64,000 nt of DNA, taken from Clostridiales bacterium (GTDB taxonomy: Bacteria; Bacillota; Dehalobacteriia; UBA7702). Position numbers and translations under genes: made by a program. Position 1 is the stretch's first letter, and each line of letters begins with the position of its first letter. Below the pieces are notes generated by a model that saw only the letters and a list, made by a program, of their open reading frames with translations, ran no database searches and was not told the origin of the DNA. Where the stretch lies: NCBI GenBank assembly GCA_040766505.1, contig JAXGQJ010000007.1:21232-85231 (forward strand), given 5' to 3'. Of this stretch, positions 11,033 through 21,973 are shown piece by piece.

Positions 11033-12021
11033 GCCGACGTCTCTTTGCAAAAGCCGTCACCGATGCCGGGGTTTTTGCCGTCCTGTCCATCGTTCTATTG
11101 CTGATCGCCCAGTTTGTGCCGGTGATCAGTATCTTCGTTTCCCTTCGTTTGGGCGGTGCCGCTGATGATCGTCGTCCTGCGCCATCCATTGTGGAGCGGG
11201 ATTTTATGCGGCGCCATCATCGTCGGCGGCGCGATGAGCTGGCCGGTTCGCTTTGTCAGTTTTTTCGCCGGTTTCGCTTTGGTGGGCATCGGCCTGACCT
11301 ACGGTTTGTGCTTCAAGTACCGGGTTTCCCCGGCGCGAACGCTGTTTTGCGACATCGTTATCAGCGGTTTCGCCACCGCCGCCGCGCTGCTCTTCATCGG
11401 TCTTTTGGGGGATTCGCCCTTTGCCGCCATTCTGGGCCAGGTCAAACTGTCTTTGGAGGAATGGCTGAGGCCTGCTTCGATGGGGCGCCTTGGCGACGTT
11501 TTGCCCGGCGGCATGACGGAGGAGCCTATATCGCCGAAATGCTGAAGGTGTTTCAGCTTTGCTGCCCGCCGTCTTTATTTTGGGGGCGATGTCCACCGCC
11601 GCCGCCAATTATTTTGCCGCCATGTTCCGGATTTTGCGGCGCTTCCGTTTTCATCCCCGCGCTGCCGCCGTTTCCGGGAATGGCATATCCCGTGGTGGAT
11701 GGTGTGGGGCGTCATCGTCGCCCTGCTGTCGCTCTTCGCCGGCAATCGCTGGCAAATTCCGTGGCTTTTGGCCTTGGCCCGAAAACCCTGATCTATATTT
11801 ATCTGCCCATAACGGTGCTGGCGGGGGTTTCACTTCTTACCTTTTTATTCCATCAATATCGGCTTTCCCGCCGGGTACAGGTGTTAATTTGGATTTTGGC
11901 GGCGCTGTTCCTGACCTTTTCCTTCCCTTTTGCGGCCTTTTTCGGGCTTTTGGATATGATCGTCGACTATCGGAAAACTTTTGCAGGCATGAAAAAAAGC
12001 AAGGACAATCAAGATAAATAG
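11033..12021 (+). CDS. YybS-like DUF2232 membrane protein (frameshifted)
   Basis: It occupies the position between rpsR and rplI that yybS holds in Firmicutes. Polytopic pieces start at MKESRRLFAKAVTDAGVFAVLSIVLLLIAQFVPVISI... RBS AAAGGAGG. Confidence 0.6.
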
Positions 12022-12032
12022 GAGGTGTCCCA

Positions 12033-12479
12033 ATGAAAGTCATTTTAATCGCGGATGTAAAGAGTATCGGCAAAACCGGCGATGTGGTAAACGCGGCGGA
12101 CGGCCATGCCCGAAATTTTCTGCTCCCGCGCAAACTGGCCGTCGAGGCGAACACCGCCAATATGAACCGGTTGGCACGGGAAAAGGAAAAGGAAAACAGC
12201 AGAAAGGCCGATGAATTGGCCAAAGCCCAGGTTCTCGCCAGACGGATTGAAGGACATGACCTTTACGATCCTGGCCAAAGCCGGGGAGAGGCAAGCTCTT
12301 CGGTTCCGTAACCGCCAGGCATCGCCAATGCCATTGAGGAAAAGACCGGCGTCGCGCTGGACAAGCGGCATATCCAGAACCGGGGAAGCCTTAAAAACTT
12401 TGGGAACTATACGGTATCGCTGAAGCTGCATAGCGAAGTGAAGGTGAAAGTCGCCGTCGACATCGTGGCCGGCGCATAA
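12033..12479 (+). CDS. rplI: 50S ribosomal protein L9 (one frameshift)
   Basis: MKVILIADVKSIGKTGDVVNAADGHARNFLLPRKLAVEA...; the C-terminal half continues in another frame to TAA 12477-12479. Confidence 0.9.
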
Positions 12480-12490
12480 GGAAAGGGTAT

Positions 12491-14362
12491 ATGACAAACA
12501 GAGAGCAGCAGGAACAACTGCGAAAGAACATCGACGCCTTTCGCGATATTTTGAACGAGGTTTTCGGCGCCGACCAAATCGTGATCCGCGCGACGAAGCT
12601 CGGCGCCTTGGACGGCCTTTCCTCCGAGGATGTCGAGGATCAGCTGGCGGCCTTGGAGCGCATCGTCTACTATGACCCACTGTATGAAAGCGGCGGGCTT
12701 TCCGCTTCCGTCCGGCTCAACCAGTTGATGGACGAGATGGGGGATGTGATCGCCAAGCGCAATCTTGAGGACCGGCTGGAAAAATTGATCGCCGAAAAGA
12801 TGCAGGAGCGGCAGGAGGACTATTATCGGGAAATCAAGATGCAGGTCTTGAAGGAAAACGGCGGCCCGGAAAATGCCCAAACCCTGAAGAAATACGCCCA
12901 GCTGGAGGTTTTGGATCACCAGAAGCTGTCCCGTTCCGCCATGGAGATGCTGCGGCCCCGAACCTTTGCGGAGATCGTCGGCCAGGAGCGGCCGGTGAAG
13001 GCGCTGCTGGGGAAATTGGCTTCCCCTTATCCCCAGCATATCATCGTCTACGGGCCGCCGGGGGTCGGCAAAACCTCCGCCGCCCGCCTCGCTTTGGAAG
13101 CGGCGATCGGGATCGAATCTTCGGTGTTCTTCCCCGACGCTCCCTTCATCGAGATCGACGGTTCCACGCTGCGCTGGGATCCGAGAGAGGCGACGAATCC
13201 GCTGCTTGGCTCCGTTCACGATCCGATCTATCAGGGGGCGCGGCGGGATTTGGCGGAAACCGGCATCCCGGAACCCAAGCCGGGCCTCGTTACCCAGGCC
13301 CACGGCGGCGTTCTCTTCATCGATGAAATCGGCGAGATGGATCCGATGCTTTTGAGCAAGCTGTTGAAGGTGCTGGAGGACAAAAAGGTGGATTTTGAAT
13401 CCTCCTATTATGACCCCAATGACGAGCAGGTGCCGAAATATATTAAAAAGATGTTCGAGGAAGGGTTGCCGGCGGACTTTATCCTGATCGGCGCCACCAC
13501 CCGGGACGCTTCGGAATTGAGCTCCGCCCTCCGTTCCCGCTGCGGCGAGGTCTATTTCGATCCATTGGGGCCCAAGGATATCATCGGCATCTTGGAAAAC
13601 GCCGCCCAAAAGCTGAAAATCAAACTGGAACCGACGGCGGCGGAACTGATCTCCGAATATACGGTGGACGGCCGCAAGGCCGTCAATATCCTTGCCGACG
13701 CCTATGGCCTGCTCCTCTATGAACAGCGGGATCGCAAGCGCAAACGCCTCGTGATCAAAAAGCAGAACATCGCCGAGGTGATCCAAAATTCCCGCCTTGT
13801 TCCCAAAGTGCGGGACAAAGCCCTCGATACCGCCGAGGAAGGCAAAGTATTTGGCCTCGGGGTGCACGGTTTTCTCGGTTCGGTGCTGGAAATCGAGGCG
13901 ACGGTTTTTCCCGCCCGGGAACCCGGCAAGGGGCAGGTACGCTTTAACGATACCGCTGGTTCAATGGCGAAGGATTCGGTTTTCAATGTCGCTTCGGCCT
14001 TCCGGGCCCTGGGAGAGGACGATTTTAAGGATTTGGATCTGCATGTCAACGTGGTAGGGGGCGGCAATATCGACGGGCCTTCGGCGGGGGCGGCGATCTT
14101 TCTCGCCCTCTACAGCGCCATCAAAAAGAAGCCGATTCCCCAGAACATCGCCTTAACCGGCGAGCTGTCGATCCGGGGCAAGATCCGCCCCGTCGGCGGC
14201 ATCAGCGAAAAGATTTACGGCGCGCGGCAATCGGGGATGAAGAAGGTGATCATTCCCGCGGAAAATTTGGAGGATGTGCCGGCGGGCCTCGGCGGTTTGG
14301 AAGTGATCGGCGTCAAAGACAGCGGCGAATTGCTGGCCGCCGTTTTCGGCCCGGAAGCATAA
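12491..14362 (+). CDS. Lon-family ATP-dependent protease (AAA+ plus Lon proteolytic domain)
   Basis: 623-aa ORF. Walker A GPPGVGKTSAA, Walker B GVLFIDEIGEM, C-terminal Lon protease domain (DGPSAGAAIFLALYSA...TGELSIRGKIRPVGGISEKI). Confidence 0.85.
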   Translation: MTNREQQEQLRKNIDAFRDILNEVFGADQIVIRATKLGALDGLSSEDVEDQLAALERIVYYDPLYESGGLSASVRLNQLMDEMGDVIAKRNLEDRLEKLIAEKMQERQEDYYREIKMQVLKENGGPENAQTLKKYAQLEVLDHQKLSRSAMEMLRPRTFAEIVGQERPVKALLGKLASPYPQHIIVYGPPGVGKTSAARLALEAAIGIESSVFFPDAPFIEIDGSTLRWDPREATNPLLGSVHDPIYQGARRDLAETGIPEPKPGLVTQAHGGVLFIDEIGEMDPMLLSKLLKVLEDKKVDFESSYYDPNDEQVPKYIKKMFEEGLPADFILIGATTRDASELSSALRSRCGEVYFDPLGPKDIIGILENAAQKLKIKLEPTAAELISEYTVDGRKAVNILADAYGLLLYEQRDRKRKRLVIKKQNIAEVIQNSRLVPKVRDKALDTAEEGKVFGLGVHGFLGSVLEIEATVFPAREPGKGQVRFNDTAGSMAKDSVFNVASAFRALGEDDFKDLDLHVNVVGGGNIDGPSAGAAIFLALYSAIKKKPIPQNIALTGELSIRGKIRPVGGISEKIYGARQSGMKKVIIPAENLEDVPAGLGGLEVIGVKDSGELLAAVFGPEA

Positions 14363-14455
14363 AGCGGCAAAACCGGCGCGGGGCGGCAAACTTTGCCCTC
14401 TTGCCAGCCGGCAGAATCAGCGGTAGAATGATGCTAGATAAAGCTAGGTGATCGT

Positions 14456-15802
14456 ATGGCCAAGGAACCGGAGGCAATGCTTCCCCCCCACAATATCCAG
14501 GCGGAAATGGCGGTTCTCGGCTCCATCCTTTTGGATCAGGAGGCGATCTATACCGTCGCGGAATTGATCGACGCCGAGGATTTCTACAAGGACGCCCATA
14601 AGAAAATTTTTACCGCCCTCTTTCGGTTGAACGACGCCGGCAGCCGCATCGACCTGGTGACTTTCGTCGAGGCATTGCAGGTGGCGGGCATCGGCGACGA
14701 GGTGGGTGGCGTCGCCTATGTGGCGGAGCTGTACAATGCGGCGCCCACCGCCGCCAATGCGGCCTATTATGCCCGCATCGTCAAGGACAAGGCGATCAAG
14801 CGGAACCTTGTCCGCATCGGCGCCAAGATCAGCCGGGAGACGATGACCGAGGAGAAAGAAGCCGCCGACCTGCTGGAAGAAGCGGAAACGGATCTTTTCC
14901 GCCTCAGCCAGATGCGGCAGGCCAAGGGGTTGCTGCCGGTGGCCTCCTTCGTGGGGGACGCCTATGAACGCATCGGCCTCACCGAGAAGGGCGTTCCCAC
15001 CTTCAAGGAACTCGACCTGCTGTTGGGAGGGTTGAAAAAGAGCGACCTGGTGATCGTCGCCGCCCGTCCGGCGATGGGGAAAACCACGTTCTGCATCAAT
15101 ATCTCGGAAAAGGCCGCCACGGCACACGGCTTGCATGTGGCTTTTTTCAGTTTAGAAATGTCGAATGTGCAATTGGCGTCCAGGATGCTTTTTTCCCATG
15201 CCAAAGTCGACCAGACCAGGGCCCGCCGGAACCAGCTGGACGATGAGGAGTGGAGCCGCCTCGGCCTCGCGATGGAAGCGATCTCCAAGGCCCCGCTCTA
15301 TCTCGACGATACGCCGGGGATCACCGTTTCGGAGGTGCGGGGCAAGTCCCGGCGGCTGAAACGGGAAAAGGGCCTCGACCTGATCGTTATCGACTATTTG
15401 CAGTTGATGCAATCCTCCGCCGATATGCGGCGGGAAGGGCGGCAGCAGCAAATTTCAGAAATCTCCCGGCAATTAAAGGGGTTGGCCAAGGAGCTGGACG
15501 TGCCGGTGCTGGCCATCTCCCAGCTTTCCCGGGCGGCGGTGCCCAAGGGGGAGGCCCAGGCGAAGATGCCGGATTTGAGCCACCTCAGGGAAAGCGGCGC
15601 CTTGGAGCAGGACGCCGACATTGTGCTGTTCATCCATCGCCCCGCCTATTATGAAGAGGGAAAAAGCGACGACCGCGTGGCCAAGGTGCGGGTGGCGAAG
15701 CACAGAAATGGCCCCGTCGGCGATAAGGAGCTGGCCTTTTTCAATGAATGGTCCCTCTTTATGGACATCGATACCCACCATGAACCGGCGATAGAGGAAT
15801 GA
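14456..15802 (+). CDS. dnaB: replicative DNA helicase DnaB
   Basis: 448-aa ORF. PPHNIQAEMAVLGSILLDQEA..., Walker A ARPAMGKTTF, ...DYLQLMQ..., ...SQLSRA..., ...IVLFIHRPAYY. Confidence 0.95.
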   Translation: MAKEPEAMLPPHNIQAEMAVLGSILLDQEAIYTVAELIDAEDFYKDAHKKIFTALFRLNDAGSRIDLVTFVEALQVAGIGDEVGGVAYVAELYNAAPTAANAAYYARIVKDKAIKRNLVRIGAKISRETMTEEKEAADLLEEAETDLFRLSQMRQAKGLLPVASFVGDAYERIGLTEKGVPTFKELDLLLGGLKKSDLVIVAARPAMGKTTFCINISEKAATAHGLHVAFFSLEMSNVQLASRMLFSHAKVDQTRARRNQLDDEEWSRLGLAMEAISKAPLYLDDTPGITVSEVRGKSRRLKREKGLDLIVIDYLQLMQSSADMRREGRQQQISEISRQLKGLAKELDVPVLAISQLSRAAVPKGEAQAKMPDLSHLRESGALEQDADIVLFIHRPAYYEEGKSDDRVAKVRVAKHRNGPVGDKELAFFNEWSLFMDIDTHHEPAIEE

Positions 15803-15908
15803 GCGGGCCCGGGGCCGCATAGAATCGAACAGGGGTTGGCCCTCCCCGCGGCGGCCTTTCCCCAAATACAAACCGGTGGGACTGCACAAAGCCCCGCCGG
15901 GCCTCTCC

Positions 15909-15935
15909 CCGCGGCCTTTTGGCGCGGTTTTTTTT
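15909..15935 (+). terminator. rho-independent terminator after dnaB
   Basis: CCGCGGCC-TTTT-GGCGCGG stem-loop followed by an 8-T run. Confidence 0.7.
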
Positions 15936-16051
15936 GGTTTGGGCCGCGGCGGCGGGGAAGCGCAGCCCAAAGGCTTTTTTCTTCGTCCGTCGGCCCGGGC
16001 GCCTACCGTGGTAAGATTGCGCTTTTATAAAAAGAGCTCTAAAGTTTTCCA

Positions 16052-16080
16052 TTGCATAGAGAAACGAGATCATGTATGAT
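16052..16080 (+). promoter_or_regulatory. sigma-A-type promoter for the hdr cluster
   Basis: TTGCAT-N17-TATGAT about 95 nt upstream of the hdrC ATG. The 5' UTR contains the hairpin CAGGGATCGTC...GACGcTATCCCTG. Confidence 0.5.
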
Positions 16081-16175
16081 AATTGTAGCGAGCTTTTTTT
16101 GCAGGGATCGTCAGGAAGCGACGCTATCCCTGTTGAAGATATTTCCAAATTGTCAAAATTGAGGGGGAAAGACGC

Positions 16176-16748
16176 ATGGAAGACATCAATTTGACAACCA
16201 GCCTAACCAAAGCGAAAGCGCTGCGCAAAACCATCAAAAGGGAGCACGGCGCCGATATCGGCCGCTGCTACCAGTGCGGCAAATGTACGGCTGGCTGTCC
16301 CCTGGCCTGGGCGATGGACCATTCGCCGCGGGAGATCATCAATCTTCTGAGGTCGGGACTGTATGAGGAGGCGGTCAACAGCAAGTCGATCTGGATCTGT
16401 TCCACTTGCGACACTTGCTCGACCCGCTGCCCAAGGGAGGTATATCCCTCGCGGGTGATGGAAGGGCTCCGCATGGAGGCGAAACGCCAGGGGATCATCG
16501 GCGAAAAACCGCTGGACGTGTTTCACACCGCCTTTTTGCAGATCGTGGAACGCTATGGCCGCATCCATGAGCTGGAGCTGATGCTGCGCTACAATCTCTT
16601 TACCGGCAAACTGCTGAAAGACGCGCTCTATGCGCCGGTGATGCTCAGCAAAGGGAAACTGGCGATCCTGCCCCACAGAATTACGGCCCGAGACGAGATG
16701 AAGCAGATCTTCGCCCGCTGCCGGGAGCTAGGAGGTAAACAGCAATGA
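16176..16748 (+). CDS. hdrC: heterodisulfide reductase subunit C
   Basis: Two ferredoxin motifs, CYQCGKCTAGCP and CSTCDTCSTRCP. Its stop overlaps the next gene's start. Confidence 0.85.
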   Translation: MEDINLTTSLTKAKALRKTIKREHGADIGRCYQCGKCTAGCPLAWAMDHSPREIINLLRSGLYEEAVNSKSIWICSTCDTCSTRCPREVYPSRVMEGLRMEAKRQGIIGEKPLDVFHTAFLQIVERYGRIHELELMLRYNLFTGKLLKDALYAPVMLSKGKLAILPHRITARDEMKQIFARCRELGGKQQ

Positions 16749-17650
16749 AGAAATTCGGTTACTATCCCGGCTGCTCTCTTTCGGGTACCGGCCTGGAAAT
16801 GGACATTTCCACCCGGGCCGTCGCGAAGAAGCTGGGAGTCGAATTGTGGGAAGTTCCCGATTGGAACTGTTGCGGCGCCTCGTCGGCCCACTTGACCGAT
16901 CACAACCTGGCTTTGGCTTTGCCCGTCCGCAATCTCGCCATCGCCGAGGAAGCCGGGGTTGGCCTCGCCATTCCCTGCGCCGCCTGCTTCGTGCGGTGTA
17001 AAGCCTCGGAAAAAGCGGTGCGCGAATCGGCGGAGGTAAAGGAACGGATGGCGTATATCACCGGCCGCAGCTATGAGGGAAAGTTCGACGCCAAGAATAT
17101 GCTGGAGATCATCGACGAGGAAGTGGGGATCGACGGCATCAAGGAACAAGTGGTTCGCCCTTTAGAGGGGTTAAAGGCCGTCAGCTATTATGGCTGCCTA
17201 TTGGTGCGCCCGCCGGAGATCACCCAGTTCGACGATGAGGAGGACCCCCAGTCGATGGACAATATCGTCCAGGCCATCGGCGCTGAGGCCGTAAACTGGA
17301 ACTTTAAGGTGGAATGTTGCGGCGCCGCCCATCCCACGGCATTGCCCAAGGCGGGGCTGAAGATGACCGAGGTCATCTTGGACGACGCGAAAAAGCACAA
17401 TGCCGAATGCATCGTCTGCGCCTGCCCCCTTTGCGCCACCAATCTCGATATGCGGCAGGTACAGATCGGCAATGGCCGGAACGTCAAATACGATCTGCCG
17501 GTGTTTTATTTCACCGAGCTTTTGGGGCTGGCCCTCGGCCTGGACGCCAAAACCGTCGGCCTGAAGCACCATTTTGTCGATCCGCTGCCGCTGCTGGAAA
17601 AGAAGGGGCTTTTGAAAGAGCCGCTGAAAAAGGGGGTAGATGAGGCATGA
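16745..17650 (+). CDS. hdrB: heterodisulfide reductase subunit B (two CCG domains)
   Basis: CCG motifs at PDWNCCGASSAH and KVECCGAAHP. 301 aa. Confidence 0.85.
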   Translation: MKKFGYYPGCSLSGTGLEMDISTRAVAKKLGVELWEVPDWNCCGASSAHLTDHNLALALPVRNLAIAEEAGVGLAIPCAACFVRCKASEKAVRESAEVKERMAYITGRSYEGKFDAKNMLEIIDEEVGIDGIKEQVVRPLEGLKAVSYYGCLLVRPPEITQFDDEEDPQSMDNIVQAIGAEAVNWNFKVECCGAAHPTALPKAGLKMTEVILDDAKKHNAECIVCACPLCATNLDMRQVQIGNGRNVKYDLPVFYFTELLGLALGLDAKTVGLKHHFVDPLPLLEKKGLLKEPLKKGVDEA

Positions 17651-19632
17651 AGAGAACCGGCGTTTTCATTTGCCATTGCGGCACCAATATCTCCCAAACC
17701 GTAGACTGCGGCGGCGTCGCCGAGGCGGCGAAGGATTTGCCCGGCGTGGCCTATAGCACCGACTATAAATATATGTGTTCCGATCCGGGGCAGAACATGA
17801 TCATCGACGCCATCAAAGAGCACAATCTCGACCGCATCGTCGTCGCCTCCTGTTCCCCCCGTATGCACGAGCCAACCTTTAGAAAATGCATCGCCAAGGC
17901 GGGGCTGAACCCCTATATGGTGGAAATGGCCAATATCCGGGAACATTGCTCTTGGGTTCATTCGGATAAGGCCAAGGCGACGGCGAAAGCCACCGACCTT
18001 GTCCGCATGGCCACCGCCAAAGCGATGAAGAATGTGCCGCTGCAAAAATCGACGATTTCCATCCACAAGCGGGCCCTCGTCATCGGCGGCGGCATCGCCG
18101 GCATCCAGGCGGCCCTCGACATTGCCGACGCCGGCTATACCGTGGATCTGTTGGAACGGGAAGCCTCCATCGGCGGGAAGATGGCCCAGATCGACAAAAC
18201 CTTCCCCACCATGGACTGTTCCGCCTGTATCCTGACGCCGAAAATGGTCGACGCCTCCCAGCACCCGAACATCAATATCATCGCCTACAGCGAAGTGGAA
18301 AAGGTGGACGGCTATGTCGGCAATTTTGATGTGACGATCAAACGGAAGGCCACTTCCGTCGACCCGGTCAAATGCACCGGCTGCGGCGCTTGCTACAACA
18401 AATGCCCGAATAAGAAAAAGATTCCCAGCGAGTTCGAATGCGGCATGACGACGAGAACCGCGATCTATGTGCCGTTCCCCCAGGCGGTGCCGAATAAGCC
18501 CGTGATCGACCGGGAACATTGCACCTATTTTACAAAGGGCAAATGCAAAATTTGTTCCACCGTCTGCCCCACCGGGGCCATCAATTATGAAGATCAGGAC
18601 GAATTTGTGACGATCCGCTACGGCGCCATCGTCGTCGCCACCGGCTTTGATCTCTTCGACCATTCGGTTTACGGGGAATATGGCTATGGCAAATACCCCG
18701 ACGTGATCACCGGTTTGCAGTTCGAGCGTCTCGTCAATGCCTCCGGCCCCACCATGGGCCATATCCAGCGCCCCTCCGACGGGGAAGAGCCGAAAAATGT
18801 TGTTTTCATCAAATGCGTCGGCTCCCGGGATGAGAAAAAGGGCAAAAAATACTGTTCGAAGGCCTGCTGCATGTATACGGCGAAGCACGCCACCATGGTA
18901 AGGGATAAGATCAAGGATTCCAATGCCGTCATTTTCTATATGGACGTGCGCACCGCCGGCAAGGGCTATGAGGAATTTTATCTGCGGGCCAATGACGAAT
19001 ATGGCGTCGACTATGTCCGGGGCCGCGTTTCCCGTATCTATCAGGAAGGGAAGAAGCTGATCGTCAAAGGGGAGGACACATTGATGGACAAGGCCGTCAC
19101 CGTCGAAGCCGATCTGGTGGTGCTGGCCACCGCCATGGTGCCCCAGGCCGACGCCGGAGATTTGGCGCGGAAGGTCGGTTTCTCCTATGACCAGGACAAT
19201 TTCTTTACCGAAGCCCACCCCAAACTCCGCCCGGTGGATACCTTCACCGCCGGCGTATTTTTGGCCGGGGCCTGCCAGGGGCCTAAGGACATTCCCGATT
19301 CGGTTTCCCAGGCCGGGGCCGCCGCCTCCAAGGTGATCGGCCTGCTTTCCAAAGACGAGATGGACACCGAGGCCATCGTCGCCGCCGTCGATACGGATCG
19401 TTGTTCCGGCTGCGGCTTCTGCGTCAATGTCTGCCCCTACCATGCGCTGGAATTGGTGGATCTGACGGAACGCTGCGGCTGTAACAATGTGACCCGCCAG
19501 GTGGTTCAGGTAAACCGGGGCCTCTGCCAAGGCTGCGGCGCTTGCACCGTCAATTGCCGTTCCAATGCTTTGGATCTGATGGGCTATACCAATGAACAAA
19601 TCTTAGCGGAGGTGGATGCCTTATGTCTGTAA
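17647..19632 (+). CDS. hdrA: heterodisulfide reductase subunit A (FAD, multiple 4Fe-4S)
   Basis: 661 aa. VIGGGIAGIQAALDIADAG dinucleotide fold, CTGCGACYNKCP, CKICSTVCP, CSGCGFCVNVCP, CQGCGACTVNC. Confidence 0.9.
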   Translation: MKRTGVFICHCGTNISQTVDCGGVAEAAKDLPGVAYSTDYKYMCSDPGQNMIIDAIKEHNLDRIVVASCSPRMHEPTFRKCIAKAGLNPYMVEMANIREHCSWVHSDKAKATAKATDLVRMATAKAMKNVPLQKSTISIHKRALVIGGGIAGIQAALDIADAGYTVDLLEREASIGGKMAQIDKTFPTMDCSACILTPKMVDASQHPNINIIAYSEVEKVDGYVGNFDVTIKRKATSVDPVKCTGCGACYNKCPNKKKIPSEFECGMTTRTAIYVPFPQAVPNKPVIDREHCTYFTKGKCKICSTVCPTGAINYEDQDEFVTIRYGAIVVATGFDLFDHSVYGEYGYGKYPDVITGLQFERLVNASGPTMGHIQRPSDGEEPKNVVFIKCVGSRDEKKGKKYCSKACCMYTAKHATMVRDKIKDSNAVIFYMDVRTAGKGYEEFYLRANDEYGVDYVRGRVSRIYQEGKKLIVKGEDTLMDKAVTVEADLVVLATAMVPQADAGDLARKVGFSYDQDNFFTEAHPKLRPVDTFTAGVFLAGACQGPKDIPDSVSQAGAAASKVIGLLSKDEMDTEAIVAAVDTDRCSGCGFCVNVCPYHALELVDLTERCGCNNVTRQVVQVNRGLCQGCGACTVNCRSNALDLMGYTNEQILAEVDALCL

Positions 19633-20084
19633 GCGAAGAAGTCAAAACCACAACGGCGACAGAAGAGGAATGGCAGCCTAAAATCCTCGTATTCGCTTGC
19701 CAATACTGCACCTATGCCGGGGCGGATTTGGCGGGTTTAAGCCGCCTCCAGTACCCTCCCACCACCCGGGTTTTGCGGGTGCCCTGTTCCGGCCGGACGA
19801 ACCCCCAATTTGTCATCCGCGCCTTTCAAAAAGGGATCGACGGCGTGCTGGTGGCCGGCTGCCATCCCGGCGATTGCCACTTTTCCACCGGCAACTATTT
19901 CGCCCGCCGCCGCTATCTCTTGATGAAGCGGATGATGGATTTCATCGGCATCGATTCCCGCCGCTTCCATGTGCGCTGGATTTCCGGTTCCGAAGGGCCG
20001 AAATTCCAGCAGGTGGTCACCGAAATCACCGCAGAGATCAAGGCTTTGGGGCCAAACAGAAAGTGGAGGGATGAAGATGCGTGA
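19623..20084 (+). CDS. mvhD: MvhD/FlxD-type methyl-viologen-reducing hydrogenase delta-subunit-like protein
   Basis: ILVFACQYCTYAGADLAG...LRVPCSGR...LVAGCHPGDCHF matches the MvhD pattern. Confidence 0.85.
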   Translation: MSVSEEVKTTTATEEEWQPKILVFACQYCTYAGADLAGLSRLQYPPTTRVLRVPCSGRTNPQFVIRAFQKGIDGVLVAGCHPGDCHFSTGNYFARRRYLLMKRMMDFIGIDSRRFHVRWISGSEGPKFQQVVTEITAEIKALGPNRKWRDEDA

Positions 20085-20958
20085 TATCAGCCAAGACATG
20101 CGGGCCATCGCCAAAAAGCTGCTGGCCGACGGTACCGTCGGCCTCGTGCTCGGCTGGGAAAAGGGCAATCTGTGGTATAAGAGCGCCCCGGCCTTCATCT
20201 CCGATCCGGAAGATACGGGCCGCCTGGTCTTTGACGATTTCTGCTACCATAATTTAAGCAAATACCTGCTGGATCACCGGGATAGGGAGGGAAAGATCGC
20301 CGTTTTCGCCAAAGGCTGTGACAGCCGTTCCCTCGTCGGCATGATCCAGGACAATCAGATCGCCAGGGAAAAGCTGTACATCGTCGGCATTCCCTGTCCC
20401 GGCCTGAAAGAGGAGAAGGCCGCCGTCGGCAAAAAGCCCGGCGCGGAACTGCCGGAGGCGAAAAAATGCGCCCTCTGTCTCTTCCCCAATCCGGTGGTCT
20501 ATGATGAATTGATCGGCGAGGCCGTGCCGGAGCGGGAAGGAAAGCGGGATCTGATTTTGGAACAGGTGGAAGCCATGTCCCAAGACGAGAAATATGCCTT
20601 CTGGCAGGAACAGTTTTCCGCCTGCATCCGCTGTTTCGCTTGCCGCAATGTTTGCCCCGTCTGCTCCTGCCGGGAATGCTGCTTCGATTCCACGCCCCCC
20701 CAATGGCTGGGGAAAGCGGAAAATCCGGTGGAGAATTCCTTCTATCACCTCACCCGGGCCCTGCACATGGCGGGACGCTGTGTGGGCTGCGGTGAATGTG
20801 AGCGGGTCTGCCCGATGGGCCTGCCGGTGATGTTGTTGAACCGCAAGCTCAGCCAGGATTTAGAGGCGCTCTTTAAGGAATCGCCCGCCGGTACGGTGCT
20901 GGAGGATACCCCCGCCATGAACCATTTCCGGCTCGACGATCCGGAAGAATTTATGTGA
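20071..20958 (+). CDS. 4Fe-4S dicluster protein (FlxC-like)
   Basis: CIRCFACRNVCPVCSC and CVGCGECERVCP motifs. Start overlaps the mvhD stop. Confidence 0.7.
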   Translation: MKMRDISQDMRAIAKKLLADGTVGLVLGWEKGNLWYKSAPAFISDPEDTGRLVFDDFCYHNLSKYLLDHRDREGKIAVFAKGCDSRSLVGMIQDNQIAREKLYIVGIPCPGLKEEKAAVGKKPGAELPEAKKCALCLFPNPVVYDELIGEAVPEREGKRDLILEQVEAMSQDEKYAFWQEQFSACIRCFACRNVCPVCSCRECCFDSTPPQWLGKAENPVENSFYHLTRALHMAGRCVGCGECERVCPMGLPVMLLNRKLSQDLEALFKESPAGTVLEDTPAMNHFRLDDPEEFM

Positions 20959-20970
20959 GGAGGCGGCAGG

Positions 20971-21973
20971 ATGAAAGGGATTAAAAAAGATCAACTCAAT
21001 GGGCTGTTAAAAGCCATGTCCGGCGATTACCAAGTGTTCGTCCCCGCCAAAACCTCCGATGAAGTGACGAAGTTCGCTCCTTATCAGGACGGTATTGCAA
21101 TGTTTTGGCAGGAAAACACCTTTGCTTTCGCCAAAAGACATCTTCTTCCCCCAAACGGAAAAGATGTACCGTTTTAAAGCCAAAGGTTCTAAGGTAGACA
21201 TTGAAACTCTGCCGCCGGCGGATGGCCCTAAAATTCTCTTCGGCATCCGCTCCTGCGATGCCCAAAGCATCGACTGTATGGATAAGGTCTTTTTGACCCG
21301 GGGCTATGAAGACGGTTTTTATAAAGCCAGGAGGGAAAACGCCCTGCTTTTCGCTTTGGCCTGTACCAGCCATGCCGATACCTGCTTCTGCACCTCGATG
21401 GGGGTGGATCCGCAACAGGCCCCCCTCGCCGATGTACAGATGAGCGATGTGGGCGACGCCTATGCGCTGGAAGCCAAAACCCCCGCCGGAGAGGCGGCGC
21501 TGCAAAAGTACCAAAGCCATTTAACGGAATTGTCGAACCCGAAAATGCTGCCGCTGGATGAAATCCTGATCCATGTGGATATGGACGGCGTTTCCGAAAA
21601 GCTGGAAACGATGTTCGAACATCCGATCTGGGATGAGGTTTCTCCGAAATGCATCGGCTGCAGCACCTGCACCTATGTATGCCCCACTTGCTATTGCTTC
21701 GATATCGACAATCAGCTCCGGGGAGAAGAGGGGGCGAAAATCCGCTGTTGGGATTGCTGCATGTTTTCGGAATACAGCCGCATGGCCGGCGGGCACAATC
21801 CCCGCCCTTCGAAAAAGGAACGGGTGCGCAACCGCTTTATGGACAAATTGCTTTACAATAAGAAACGCCATGGCCAGATCTTCTGCGTCGGCTGCGGCCG
21901 CTGCGTGGCCAAATGCCCGGTCAATCTTGAGATTGCCACCATCATCCAAAAAGTAAAGGAGGCGGCAAACTAA
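20971..21973 (+). CDS. AsrA/FlxB-like 4Fe-4S subunit (one frameshift near 21100-21125)
   Basis: N-terminal piece 20971-21177 joins ORF 21095-21973 (...LLSPKDIFFPQTEKMYRF...CIGCSTCTYVCPTCYCF...CVGCGRCVAKCP). Confidence 0.7.

Noticed and set aside
16030-16050. Possible pylT, from a search for the CTCTAAA anticodon-loop string on both strands
   Set aside because: The only intergenic hit (GAGCTCTAAAG at about 16036) has no flanking tRNA stems. The other hits lie inside CDSs. No pylT is visible in this window.
17506-19599. Very long antisense ORFs: 697 aa opposite hdrA, plus 12407-13867, 21521-22873, 26648-28090 and 51171-52934
   Set aside because: These are typical GC-rich shadow ORFs opposite well-supported genes. 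Their composition is low-complexity and rich in G, A, R and D, with no recognisable motifs.
17647-20084. Selenocysteine (in-frame TGA) in HdrA or MvhD, as occurs in some anaerobes
   Set aside because: Both ORFs are uninterrupted, and cysteine codons occupy the relevant motifs.
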